64,000 nucleotides of DNA, from the NCBI GenBank assembly GCA_047495785.1, contig JBLDXI010000055.1, forward strand, positions 806,001 to 870,000, read 5' to 3'. A model generated the notes under the pieces. The model had not been told where the DNA came from. It did not search any database and worked only from the letters and a program-made list of their open reading frames with translations. Positions 12,101 through 23,549 of this stretch are shown here, in pieces (the stretch's first letter is position 1; every line of letters begins with the position of its first letter). The translations under genes and the position numbers were made by a program. Source of the DNA: Lepidodermella squamata. Its lineage: Eukaryota > Animalia > Gastrotricha.

Positions 12101-15100
12101 AAGTTTTAATAAAAAAATGAATTTTCTAAAAATTTCACCTGCTATTATATGTTCTTAGGTGGGTTGCATTGATATGCATTGTACACACCAATGCTGGCCT
12201 TTCCTTGGGCTATCCAACGGTACCCCACTCGCGGGGTATTTACCTTACCATCTTTGATTTTTGGTACGCCAAAGTCACCCCATTTTGGTACGTCGAAGTG
12301 ACCCCGATGCCCAAAGTCACCCCAGTTGACGGTATGTTCTACGAGGACTTTTTGCGAATGGGTGAAAAAATCGGTAACGCAGAAATTAAATTCGCTAAAC
12401 AAGAAATTCATGGCTTTGCAGTATTATGTAACAGATGAATGGAAAAAGCTTAATTGAAGGAAACAGTATCACAAGTTGTTTAATGCATGATCAAGAGCAT
12501 TCGAAATGGTAACAAAAATAAAAAAATGTAAATAAAACCTACAAGCGTTGTGCTGTTGGAGGCCTCCCTGCTGATGGCCACACCGCTGATGGCCAAATCG
12601 TCTGATGGCTGATGGCCGCTGATGGCCACGCCGTCGTTGGCCACACCATCGTGGCCAAGTGAAGAACAAGCCGAAGTCTCACAACAGATCTTGCAAATTA
12701 AATAAAAAATAAAAGCTTTAATACGATTTCGAGGCAAATCTTCGGCGAAAATGAAAATGAAATTTCCCATGCGTGAATGCAATGAGAGAGACTTTATTTT
12801 GTTTCGTTCGACGACGTTAACTGAGACTTTTTTGTTGAAACTCCTAAAACTTGAAAACCCGCCAAAAGACGTTCTTGGTTTTCAAATGAAATAAAATGAA
12901 CAAGAATTTTAAATTTTCGTTATATTATATTGCTAAAATTTATTGAAGAATCGGTAAAAGAATATCGGTAAAAGAAGGAAAATATAAAATAAAGATAATG
13001 TTATGTTATGTTATGTTATGTTATTTTATGTTATTGAAGAATGAAAAAAGCAAAGCCTAGCACGCTGACGGCCAGCACGACCGAGCACGCCGATCGCCGA
13101 GCAAAAAAAAAAACGTCGATTGTCAACTGCTCCAGGTCCAATGTTGTGTGGCATCTAAATTGAAAAAGTCAGCCAGAGAAATACACTAAGAAATATAATG
13201 TAGGATGAAAGGCGCCGAGGTAGCATCTTTTCCAGCTCGTCGTAGCAGCCGAGGTCGGGCCCCGTGTTCAGGGGAGCCGAGAGAAACCTAAAATTAATGC
13301 CTTTGACAATTTTTTCGCTTCTAATTACTTGGAAATATTGATTATGTAATATTCTTAGGTTGTGATAATTGCCGGCGATACTGGCTGCGGGAAATCGACT
13401 CAGACCCCGCAATATCTGCTCGATGCTGGCTACAAGAGAATCGCCTGTACCCAACCTCGACGTATCGCTGCAATATCTTTGGCAAAGCGAGTGGCTTATG
13501 AATGTCTCAGTCGCCACTCAGATTTAGTCGGCTACCAAATTCGTTTCGAGAAAACCGTCTCCAAAAGGACTCGACTGGTATTTCTCACCGAAGGGCTACT
13601 ACTTCGCCAGTTCCAATCCGACCCTCAACTACCCGGTTATGACTTGATAATTCTCGACGAAGTTCATGAAAGGCATATATTCACGGATTTTATGCTCGGA
13701 ATCTTGTTGTGCCTTTGTCGATTTCGCGAAGATTTGAAAGTGGTCTTAATGTCTGCCACAATCAATATCAATTTATTTTCGAAATACTTCGACGAAGCTC
13801 CGGTGATCAGTGTACCCGGTCGACTTTACCCTATCGAGTTGCACTACACGCCGCCAGAAAATACTGGGAAAACTCCGAAATATGCGAAAAATCGTCAAAG
13901 GGAGGACGATGACCCCGAGGACACCGAATACCAAGGTTAGTGACAACATTTTAATTGAATATTTTTGCTAAAAATCTCAAATTTTAGCGGCTGGTGGCGG
14001 AGGATTTGATGCTCGGCCATACGTTAAAATTCTGCAACTAATCGACAACAAATACCCGTCAAGTGAGAGGGGCGATGCCCTCATTTTCGTCAGTGGCATG
14101 TCTGCAATCGCCGCTTTGGTATGACTTTTTTCGAAAATCCTCAGCTCTTCATAATTTTATCTCTTTAGTGCCGAGCGATTCAGCATTACGCTGACAAAAC
14201 TGGCAAATGGATCGTGCTGCCTTTGCATAGTTGTCTGTCGGCGGACGAGCAAGATCGTGTTTTCGACATGGCTCCTGATGGCGTTCGAAAGGTAACTATT
14301 CCCATAAAATTTACCCCAAATTTAATCGCAAGTTTTTGCAGTGTATAATTGCGACAAATATTGGTGAGTTATTTTAAGTATATTATTTTTAAGGAGGATT
14401 TTTTATTTCAAATTTTTAAAGCGGAAACTTCTGTTACAATCGATGGTGTTCGTTTTGTTATTGATTCCGGGAAAATGAAGGAAATGCTGTACGACCCCAA
14501 GTACAAACTTCAGCGCCTCACCGAATTCTGGATCTCACAAGCTTCGGCCGAGCAGCGGAAGGGCCGAGCTGGTCGAACTGGGCCGGGCGTTTGCTACCGC
14601 ATGTATGCCGAGTCAGATTACGCGTCCTTTGCCGCCTACCCTTTGGCTGAAATTCAACGAGTTTCTCTCGATTCCTTAGTTCTTCAAATGGTTGTTGGAA
14701 ATTTGCGATATGTTAAGAAATTTCCGTTCATCGAGCCACCTCAAGAGGCGGCCCTTGACGCTTCTTTGCTTTATCTGCGCCAAGTCGGTGCGATTGAAAC
14801 CGACCAAACTGGGGCGAGCAGTCCGACCCCATTGGGCGAACTGTTGTCTCAACTCCCGGTTGATATTATCGTCGGCCGAGTTTTGGTGCTTGGATCTCTG
14901 TTCGGGTTGACTGACCCGGTTTTGACTGTTGCCGCTGGCCTTTCAGTTCAGTCCATTTTCGCAAGTGGCCGGCAGTTATTGGGTCTGACTGAGCATGATT
15001 CATCGCAGCAGTCTGATCTCGCCTCTCACGATGCTGATTCGCTGCTAAGCGAAGATGGTGATTTGATTACCCTGCTACAGGTTTACGAGGCGTGGAATGA

Positions 15101-18100
15101 AGTGAAGCGGAAACGCGATAACCAGTCGAAGAAATGGTGTCGGCGTCGCGGGGTCGAGGAACAGCGGTTGTATGATATCAGCAAGTTGCGGTCGCAATTC
15201 TACCAAATTTTGATGGATCAGCAACTGCTGGAGGATGATCGGCAATATCAACCTAGCAGCTCCTCGAAAGACAGAAGTAAAGGTTTGTCACCCTGAACGA
15301 AAATGTCTTGGGATATTTTGACATAATTTCAATTTAATTATCTCGGGCCACTTGTTTGGAATTGGCTAAAAAAACCGGAAATATAGTATAACGCAGGGGC
15401 ATAGGTAATAACCCGAAAATATTGATCGCTTTATATCAGAGTTGCACTTGTATAAACAGTCTGTAAAAACACACGTGTTTAAACACATGATTAAACAGTA
15501 TAACGTTTTGGTGCCATGTCAAAATGTATAAATACAGGTGCAGAAACGTAGCAGGCTTTGAGCACTATAACAAGGAAACTAAGGTGAAACTAAGGTGAAG
15601 TTGAGGGAATTTTGTCATTTTGTAAACTTATCACATATCGAGACTTATACTATATGTCGTAGTTTAAAGAGCAATCAGTCCAATCGACAATTGAACTAGT
15701 TCAATCGACAATCCGAAGATAAACTAAGAATAAACTAAGTTATTGTCGATAAAACTAGTTTAATCGCAATAAACTAGTTTAAGGAGCAATAATATTTTTA
15801 AACTGGTTTAAGCAGCAATCAATAGCATTTTCAAACTAGTTCAATCGGCAATTAGGCAATTAGATCGACCCACTTGCCGAGATCTCCTTCTCGGAACATT
15901 GCAGCACCAAGCTTTGCTTCGAGAGTTCCGTTGCCTCTTTCCACCTTTCCGTTCTATTTAATTGTAAAATTTAAGTTTCGAATAATTTTATTTGAAAACA
16001 ACCTACTTGGTGGGGAGCTCGAGCTCTTGTTTTCACAATCTTACATCCATACGCCAGGAGGACTTCTTCGGTATCAGAACCAACGAATTCTTTTCCCCTG
16101 TCATGAACGACAATCCGCGGCCCACCGTAGGTCTCATTGAGGCACAACAAAATGACGCACAAGAAAGATAGCCCATACGTCAAAAAGTATCACCGGAAAT
16201 GATTGAAAAATCAGTCAAGTGGTCTAGTAATTCGGAGTATAGCAGCTGGCCTGGGTCTGCTTGGAGGAAGGCGCGCGGGACAATCTGGCTTATGAAATGC
16301 GAACATGATTTCTTTGAACAACCGCTTGTCTTCTTTATCGAATCGTACTGTTTGACGAGATCAGCCGATAATTGTAGGTACAAATGAATAGAATAACGTT
16401 ATTAACAACAGCGGCCGCCCTCGCGCCTTTCTCATCGGCCTACACTCCAGATATTCGTTGAGCAGCAACTATTAACAACGAAATGCGATTATAAATGCAA
16501 GTATTAAGTTGATAATATCTTACCTTGGACAGCAACCGGTTGCTTCACGTCCTGCACAGCCACCTTGTCACCTGCACCAGGCACGATGTTCGCAAAGGCC
16601 TGGTATTCGGCGACATTGTTGTTGATGTTTTCCGCCACGTCTTCTCGCAAACTTTGCAACAACGTTTTGTTCGACAATCCATACAGTTGGTCGCACACAG
16701 CTTCGTAAAAACAGTCGCCAGCACTGCTGACGTTCTTCAGCCCGATTTGGACCGGTTCCAATCGTTTTGCGTGGAGCTCGGTGCGCCATGCGCCTTTCAA
16801 AGGGCGGAAATGCGCCACATCCAGCGGTTGACTAAGGTGCGTAGTATTGGGGGGGAGGGGGGGGGGTAACAAGACGAACTCAATGTTGTTCTGAGCGACA
16901 AGATCCAGTGCTTTCGTGTTTATGTGAGAAGCGAGATTATCACTAATGATGACTTTTCGCCCGAATTTGTCAGCAATAAACGGAACAATAATGGGTTTGA
17001 GCCAGTCAAAGAAAACGCCTGCCTCAAACCAGCCGGATTTTGGGCAAGTAAAGCGAGTACCGGGTGGTGATTATCCGAATACAAACAGATAGTCCGGATC
17101 TGACTGGCTCTGGAACGCGATTGTCATTCTGTAATAGTTCAGCTTGCACAGCTACGTCACCGTTATTGGCATCGAACCAGATTTCCGCCATGAAACACGA
17201 TCTAACAGCCCGCAATGCCGGCATAGGCGTGGTCGGCATGCGGCCTGGGGCTAAATTGCGGCGAGCCAAATAGGTTTGATAAGAGAAAGCTCATTTCGCA
17301 AAAATGTCCACACAATTGTTGAAAATAATTTTAGTTGAGGCGATGGACGATAGATGATAGTGAAGTCCAAGCCCGACAGTTTTTCGATATATCCAAAGAG
17401 GCGCTTGGAAGGCATCTTCATCGAATTGAGCCACAGGAGTGCTCGGCAGCCGGTCTCGGTGCCAAAGCAACATCTCCCGGTTCTTCTCACACCCGAATAC
17501 GATCGCAAGACATTCCTTATCGAGCGAGCTGTAGTTACGCTCGGCCAGGGTCAGCAGTGGACTGTGGGCCGTGATGATGCGGGGCTTATACCGCTTGTAG
17601 TAATAGTGTGCGCCATGGCGAGGCACTGGATTAATTGCAGTAATTCCTTGAGAAGTACTTCAGAAGATTCACGGAAAATTGTTATCGATCTCGGAGAACT
17701 AGCGACTCTTCGTTTTCTTTCGAGGACAAGATGCGGTGCTTCGTTTCTGCACACTGGATTGAGCTGGTCTCACTAAATAATCAGGAACGATCAGCAGATA
17801 GTGGCCGTTGACGCACAAGTAGAACAATCCGCCAGTTTGGCGATTTGATTGAATTAAGAATATTAAGAATAATTTAATTTAATTCAAATGAAATTCTCAG
17901 CCGTTGGAATACCAAAAATTCAAAGAAAAACCATTTTCGAGCCACGTTGCATTTTACTTTCTCATGCAGGAAGAAGTCAAATATAAAACTATTATGTCAG
18001 ATACCATGAAGAAGCATCACAGTTTCGAATCGTATGAAATTTGAAAAATCAAATAAAAAAATTCTCGCAATTGCCCCAACTGGCGCAGCTACACTTGCGT

Positions 18101-21100
18101 GTACAGCTTTTCCTTGGCTCTCCTCCTCGGCAGCGGCAAAGACTGCCCGCCTTGCAGCCCTTGATGCAGCGGCATCGCTCATCCGGTGGCTGAGCAGCAT
18201 CGTAAGGCGGCAGCTGAGCATCATTGTTAATAGGCAAGCGGGCTGACAGCAAGGAGAACGGCAAAGCGGGTAGCAAAGCCAAGATGTTGCTTTCAAGCAA
18301 GTGGCGAATTAGGCGTCTTATGATCAGCAAATGTAGCAGCCCCATGCCTATGAAGAAAATGCAAATGAAGCCCTCGACGGTCATGATCGATTGCTCCACA
18401 TTATTCAACGTCGTACAGATTGATAAATTTAGTCGGGTCGCTTATAATGTGACATTTTAACATCTTGCTGTTCTCGTCAAGCTCGAAGGGCGCCTCGCAA
18501 ATACGGTCGTCAATTCTCTTTTCAGCGGTATGCTATCAAAGTCAAGATATGCTCGTCTGCAAGGGGAAAAGAGAAATTCAAGCATACTTCAAGCAACCTA
18601 TTGATAGAATAAACCTACCCCGCCTAGCTTTACACTTGAAACAACTTAGCAACAATGAAAGCTTATTATTCAAGTGATAGTAGGCAAGAATATAATAATT
18701 TATTCAATAATTATAATAGTTAAATGATCAGACCATTATTAATTCCCAAAATCTCTTAGATGACGAAGATTCAACTCAAAAAGATCGCCGAGAACTGGGT
18801 CGCCTGCGAAAACGGACAATGTACGAAGATATGAACAGCTCAAAGGCGAAACGTCGAATTCTGAGAATGGACGGCGGCATGGGGGCTATGATGGATCTCG
18901 AAAATGAAGGTCAAGGCAATGACGAGGAGGAAATTCATTCGAAAATTCGCGATCTTGAATTTCGACTGGCCCAAGAGCGTCAGTCTGGAAATCGCCAATC
19001 GACCCTAGATATTATTCGCCGCAAAACTCAGGAACTGAAACTCATCCTAGCGACTGGTTTGTACCCTCAAATCGCGGTCCCTGATGAGGCGAATAGCTTC
19101 AAGTCAAGTGAAACCAGCTCGAATTCTTCTGAACTAGTTTTTCATACGAGAAACAAAAATTTCCTGCTAATTCATCCGTCGTCAATTTTTTACCGAAAAC
19201 CTGGATTTCTGAACCCAACTGGTCGAAAGGTGGCATCCAAAGGCCGGCATCAAATGAGTTCCTCCCACCAAATGATTGCCTTCACAACTCTATTAGAGAC
19301 TAATAAGCCTTATCTTTTGAATTGCATGCAAGTTCCCGCTGTTCAAGTTTTGCTATTATGCGCTTCTTCGATTGATACCACCCACGATTGTTCGAAACTT
19401 TTGTTCGATAGCTGGCTGGAGGTGAATTTCTCGAAAGCGGCCGATGGTGATGCTTTAGTTCGAATGGCTGTTCATTTGCGGTCGAGCTGGGACCTGTTGC
19501 TTCAACACAAGTTGAAACATTTGAAAAAAGCTGAGGAGGAAGACGAAGATGATAAAGCTGAAGAATCTAGCTCGTCGAGTCGTAGAGAATCCAAGCTGAA
19601 TGAGGATGAAATATATCGCTTGGAACGGGAACTGCCAACTTATTTGACCGAGTTTTTAGATCTCAAGCCCGTCTACGCGTTTCGGCGTGTTTTCGCCGCT
19701 GAACTGTCCCATCTTTACATTTCGGGTCTAGTTTCGGCGGACACTGATCCCGACGATGAGGTTAAGAGTGAAGCTTCGAAGTTGGACCAAATCGAATCTT
19801 TCAAAGAGGCATTTACGGTGACTGGCGAGGCGAAGAAAACCGCGGAGCTTGGGCCACATCCGACGAAGGGCGGCCAAATGGTCACGCCGTATCTCGTCTA
19901 CAACTGGTACGTATTTTTGATCGATAAATTTTTTACCTGATAAAAATTCGAAATTTAAATTACACTCGACACTCTTAAAGTACTCTCTGTTGATCGTAGT
20001 AAAATTCATTTGGTGATACATCAATGTAGGCAAACTCAAAGGCAAAGTTTACAATATCTACAAAAGCCGCAAACTACAGTACAAAAGCCGCGGCGATTAA
20101 TTTTCCAAGTCGAGCAACGGCGGCTTCAAGTTGCCCGATTTTTGTACGCGTTAACTCATTTCATCATCATATAAACCACCGATGATGTGTTATCTGAGTG
20201 GATTATCATGACAAATGCATTATAATCCATTCCCCGTTAATTACTAAGATGCGACTTTAAATGCGAGATTTCACGTAGTCGTTTTACCGGCACCGAACCA
20301 GCAGTCGAGGAAACGGCGATTATCCGATTGGACGCCAGAATCAAAACTCGTGAAGCGGAGGTCGCGATGTTCTTTGCAGCCGCGTAATGCAAAATGCAGG
20401 CCATTTTTATACACCAACGTGTAAATGAGTTGCTTCGGATTGTCGCGACCCAGCAAACCTCGTGCGTTATCTGCCATCTCTCTTCTTCTTCTGCTTCTTT
20501 GAAGGGCTTATTCCAAACTAAGTCGGCGGGTTGAGTGTAATTTGTGCATCCTGCGGGAACGATAGCGCTGTCGATATTAGCCGCGAGCGGCATTTCATTT
20601 ACGGCATCGGTCAAATGACAACGAAAAGCATCCCAGGCGAAAAGTTTCGAGCCAGATTTGACGTTATCTCCATGGTCGAGGCCAGTCCGGTGTACTCCCG
20701 TACAAATTTCGCAAGGATTCTATAACCAAAATACGTATAAAATGAAATTAACCCGAGATCATGACGACAAAACAACACCCAATTGACGATTTTCTCGATG
20801 CAATCAGCCGAGATTGACCACCGGGATTCACGCCAAACGATTCTTCGCCATCTCGGCGCCAAAGGCGGTAGCTTGCCCGATGGAGATTGATTGTTCGAAT
20901 TTTTACCGATTTACCTTTGAATTCGAGAGCACCCCGAGAGGGATGAAGAGCCGCAGTTACTTGAACCTGGAAATGGCATGCTGTTTTCATTTTAGTCACA
21001 TTACGGCGATACGACCAGAAAAGAAAGACCTGAACTAGAAACCTTTCCAATACTTTTAGCTGCTGCCTAATAAAGTCTATAGTTTACCAAGTCGTTGAGT

Positions 21101-23414
21101 CTTGCTCGAACTGTTTTTTTTTATTAGATCCTTGATCTTCGTGGGAGCGGCCAGCGTCGATGCTCGGGAGGTGACGGTGGTAGCGCTCGTCGCCGTACCG
21201 TAAATATGTAGAAATATAATGTAAAATGAGACACAGTAAGAAACACAGTAAGAAGTTTTTTATTCTGCTTCGGACAGCAAGTGGGAACCGCCATATTTGT
21301 CCCGAAAATGTCGCACCGTACGGCGAGGAAGAAACGATATTTCCACACAGTGAATATCACATAGATATTGAGTTGAAAATTTCATTGCTAGCAGATTCAT
21401 AGCAATTATTCGAAAACGAATCAAAACAGCACCAAACTGTCAGTGGGCTTAATAATTGCTCACTAAATCGAAGAATCGACCGAACAATTTCAGCATTATT
21501 TTTCTTGCAAGTCACAAAAAATAAGTCGCGTAAAACAGAACATGGAATCTTGAAATTTAAATACCTGGTATTTCTTCAATAATCGACGACTCACTTTGCA
21601 TGTGGCTAGAAGACCAAGCACTGTCTCTACTGGCAACAACAACACGAAATATCAGCAATCTCTAGTTTATTTCTCAAAACTCTTCCCTCATACAATTATT
21701 TACGAGCCATATTTATACGGTGTTCAGCCAATCAAAATCCGCCATTTGGCGTTACAATGACCTTCCAAGTAGTTTATCCGGTTCGGTCAAGGTCGACCGC
21801 TAATTTCAAACCATTTCATCAACAGGTGGCTTCGCCACATTGCATAACAGCAAAAACGAGACACCCTTCGTCTGTGATGTTATAAATTCCACCGCAGAAT
21901 GGACGCAAGAGATTAGCCCGACGATCAAAATACACATCTGGATTATTTACAATCAATGAGCCCGCTGTAGGGCAGGGTAATAGTCTGAACTCAATGTTCA
22001 AATGCTCAGCTCACGATATTGATATAAAGTTTGAAGATAGTGGAATTCACATCAACTAGAACAGATTTGGAAAGGCAGGTCTCAAGGTGGAGCGCGTCGG
22101 GAACAATGATGAAGCAATGTGAGGGTAGGCGAATTAACGGGGAATCATGCAGAAGCCAGCCAAGCGTTCCATCGTACTGCTCATCAGTGAGATCAAATTG
22201 TCGAGGAAGGCCAGCACCTTCAACGTCGTCCACGCAACGCCAAGGATTTTGGATGCTATGATGCCCACAAGCCATTCTTTTGTGGAGCATGACGTAATCG
22301 CAAACAAGAAGCAAATAAAAGCCGTATAGGATCGGCGTTTCGTCTTCGGCTTCAAACATGTTGATAACCAGTTCCTGAATTTCTTGAAGGTTTTCGGAAA
22401 AATAACGCCACAGTATCTGCTTTTCCTCGCCTCCCTTGTAAAGCGCTCAGGTATAGTCGTGTTCCAGACCAGCCTTCTCTTTTCTGTTAACGAGACCAAC
22501 GATCAATTGGGTGGTACCTTGACCAGCACGAGTACGATCAGGTGTATAGTCGATCGAATTTCGAATGTTAGTTTGCGAGTAGAAGGGAGCGTCTTTTACG
22601 GTTGCAGTCGTTTTCTTGGATGTAGTCAAGGTAGGTTCAAAGGTATGAGACCTGGTTCAAGGGCTGAAAATGCTGCGGCAAACTCAACTTCTCAAACTCG
22701 ATGGAATCTCCGAAAACAAGCTAAATAAACGCTAATAAACAGAATAAAACGACGGTTTAAGCGATATTCGTTCCATTTATTAAAGCTTTCCTTCTCAGTT
22801 TAACTAAGACGGGAGCCCGCTAAGCACTAAAGTATCGCACGCCGTCAAGGTGACGCAGTGAGGCTGCGGGAGCAGACCCTCATAAAAAGCTCAGGAGCCA
22901 TTAGTCACGATTTGTAGAGTTGGGTTGGCATGAAGGTAACAGCTCCCTTCGAATGAGCGTGGGGGCGTAAATACAACTTGGAAACCGCGTGGCTTAGAAT
23001 ATTTTCACGAGTGACGTCCATGGTTTTCACTAGACATTTGTAATTAATTGGCATTTATCGACTCTTTTGTCGATCAAATTTTTTAGTTCTTATTCATATT
23101 TCTTTATCTTTTTTAGTTTGAAAATGGACGACGAAGATTCAGCAGAATCGTGGACTGAAGCTCTCAGCCGAGTGTGGACCTGTCCGAGATGCGAACAGAC
23201 GATGGTCGTCTCAACAGGCGAGCGACTACGACACGAGGCGTCGTGCGTGGCCGGCCTGAAGGATACTGAGTCCTCGACCGCGAAAAAAGAAGCCGAAACC
23301 AGCGCGCCACCCAAGCCCGGCGCGAAACCGTTGTTTTGCGATGTTTGCAACAAAACGCTAGTCATGACAGCTAGCGAATTTCTACGCCACAAGTTGTCCC
23401 ATTCGTCAAGCTAA
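9195..23414 (+). CDS. DHX34: DEAH-box RNA helicase DHX34 (NMD factor)
   Basis: Motifs [47 protein letters not shown]; HA2/OB regions; DHX34-typical PHPTKGG..YNCL and terminal WTCPxC..H..C / CxxC..LRH motifs. Large introns at 9624-13358, about 15277-18759 and 19907-23116; micro-exon 14342-14363. The start codon is uncertain. Confidence 0.93.
11904..12332. mobile_element. MITE (Tc1/mariner-pogo type) with 125-bp perfect TIRs and TA TSD
   Basis: 11904-12028 is the reverse complement of 12208-12332. Flanked by TA on both sides; subterminal GGGGTGACTTTGG repeats. Confidence 0.92.
12570..12660. repeat. Degenerate tandem (ct)gatggcca motif array
   Basis: About six gatggcc/tggcca units in a row, typical of TE subterminal repeats. 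Confidence 0.6.
12998..13036. repeat. (ATGTT)n microsatellite
   Basis: atgttatgttatgttatgttatgttattttatgttattg. Confidence 0.85.
15655..16383 (-). mobile_element. Ginger-like (Gypsy-integrase-related DNA transposon) relic with intron-containing integrase
   Basis: The minus strand gives [20 protein letters not shown] and RARAPHQ|[16 protein letters not shown] (rve integrase core), split by a 53-bp GT-AG intron at 15954-16006. Terminus TGTCGTAGT at 15655 with aaactagtt subterminal repeats; frameshifted. Confidence 0.7.
16504..17070 (-). mobile_element. pogo-family DDE_1 transposase fragment running in frame into an OTU-like protease fragment
   Basis: One 189-codon open frame: [47 protein letters not shown], then [24 protein letters not shown]. 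Confidence 0.8.
17335..17570 (-). mobile_element. Ty3/Gypsy RNase H fragment (degraded)
   Basis: [24 protein letters not shown] and, after a frameshift, [23 protein letters not shown]. Confidence 0.8.
18049..18200 (-). mobile_element. Cys-rich CXC/tesmin-like finger, probably a transposase C-terminal relic
   Basis: [38 protein letters not shown]. Confidence 0.5.
20290..20490 (-). mobile_element. Crypton/DUF3504 (tyrosine-recombinase-derived, ZMYM/KCTD1-like) fragment
   Basis: EEEERW (frameshift) [36 protein letters not shown]. Confidence 0.75.
20490..20950 (-). mobile_element. pogo (POGK-like) DDE transposase fragment
   Basis: [42 protein letters not shown], with upstream [12 protein letters not shown]. 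Confidence 0.8.
22006..22629 (-). mobile_element. Transib/RAG1-like DDE transposase relic (in-frame stop)
   Basis: One frame with a single stop: [41 protein letters not shown]. Motif order and spacing resemble the RAG1/Transib core. Confidence 0.5.
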
Positions 23415-23549
23415 ACGTTATTTCTTTTATTGCTTTTGTTGTTGCTGATGAATAAAATGTTTGATTTATTGCCAAAACCTTCATTTTAAACGAAAATTTG
23501 GATAAATTTGAAATGGATTCTATGTAGATTTTAGTCCAATTCGCAATTG

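Noticed and set aside
15660-15860. Spaced short repeats superficially like a CRISPR array
   Set aside because: Irregular, degenerate aaactagtt units in a eukaryotic intron; better explained as Ginger subterminal repeats. No cas genes.
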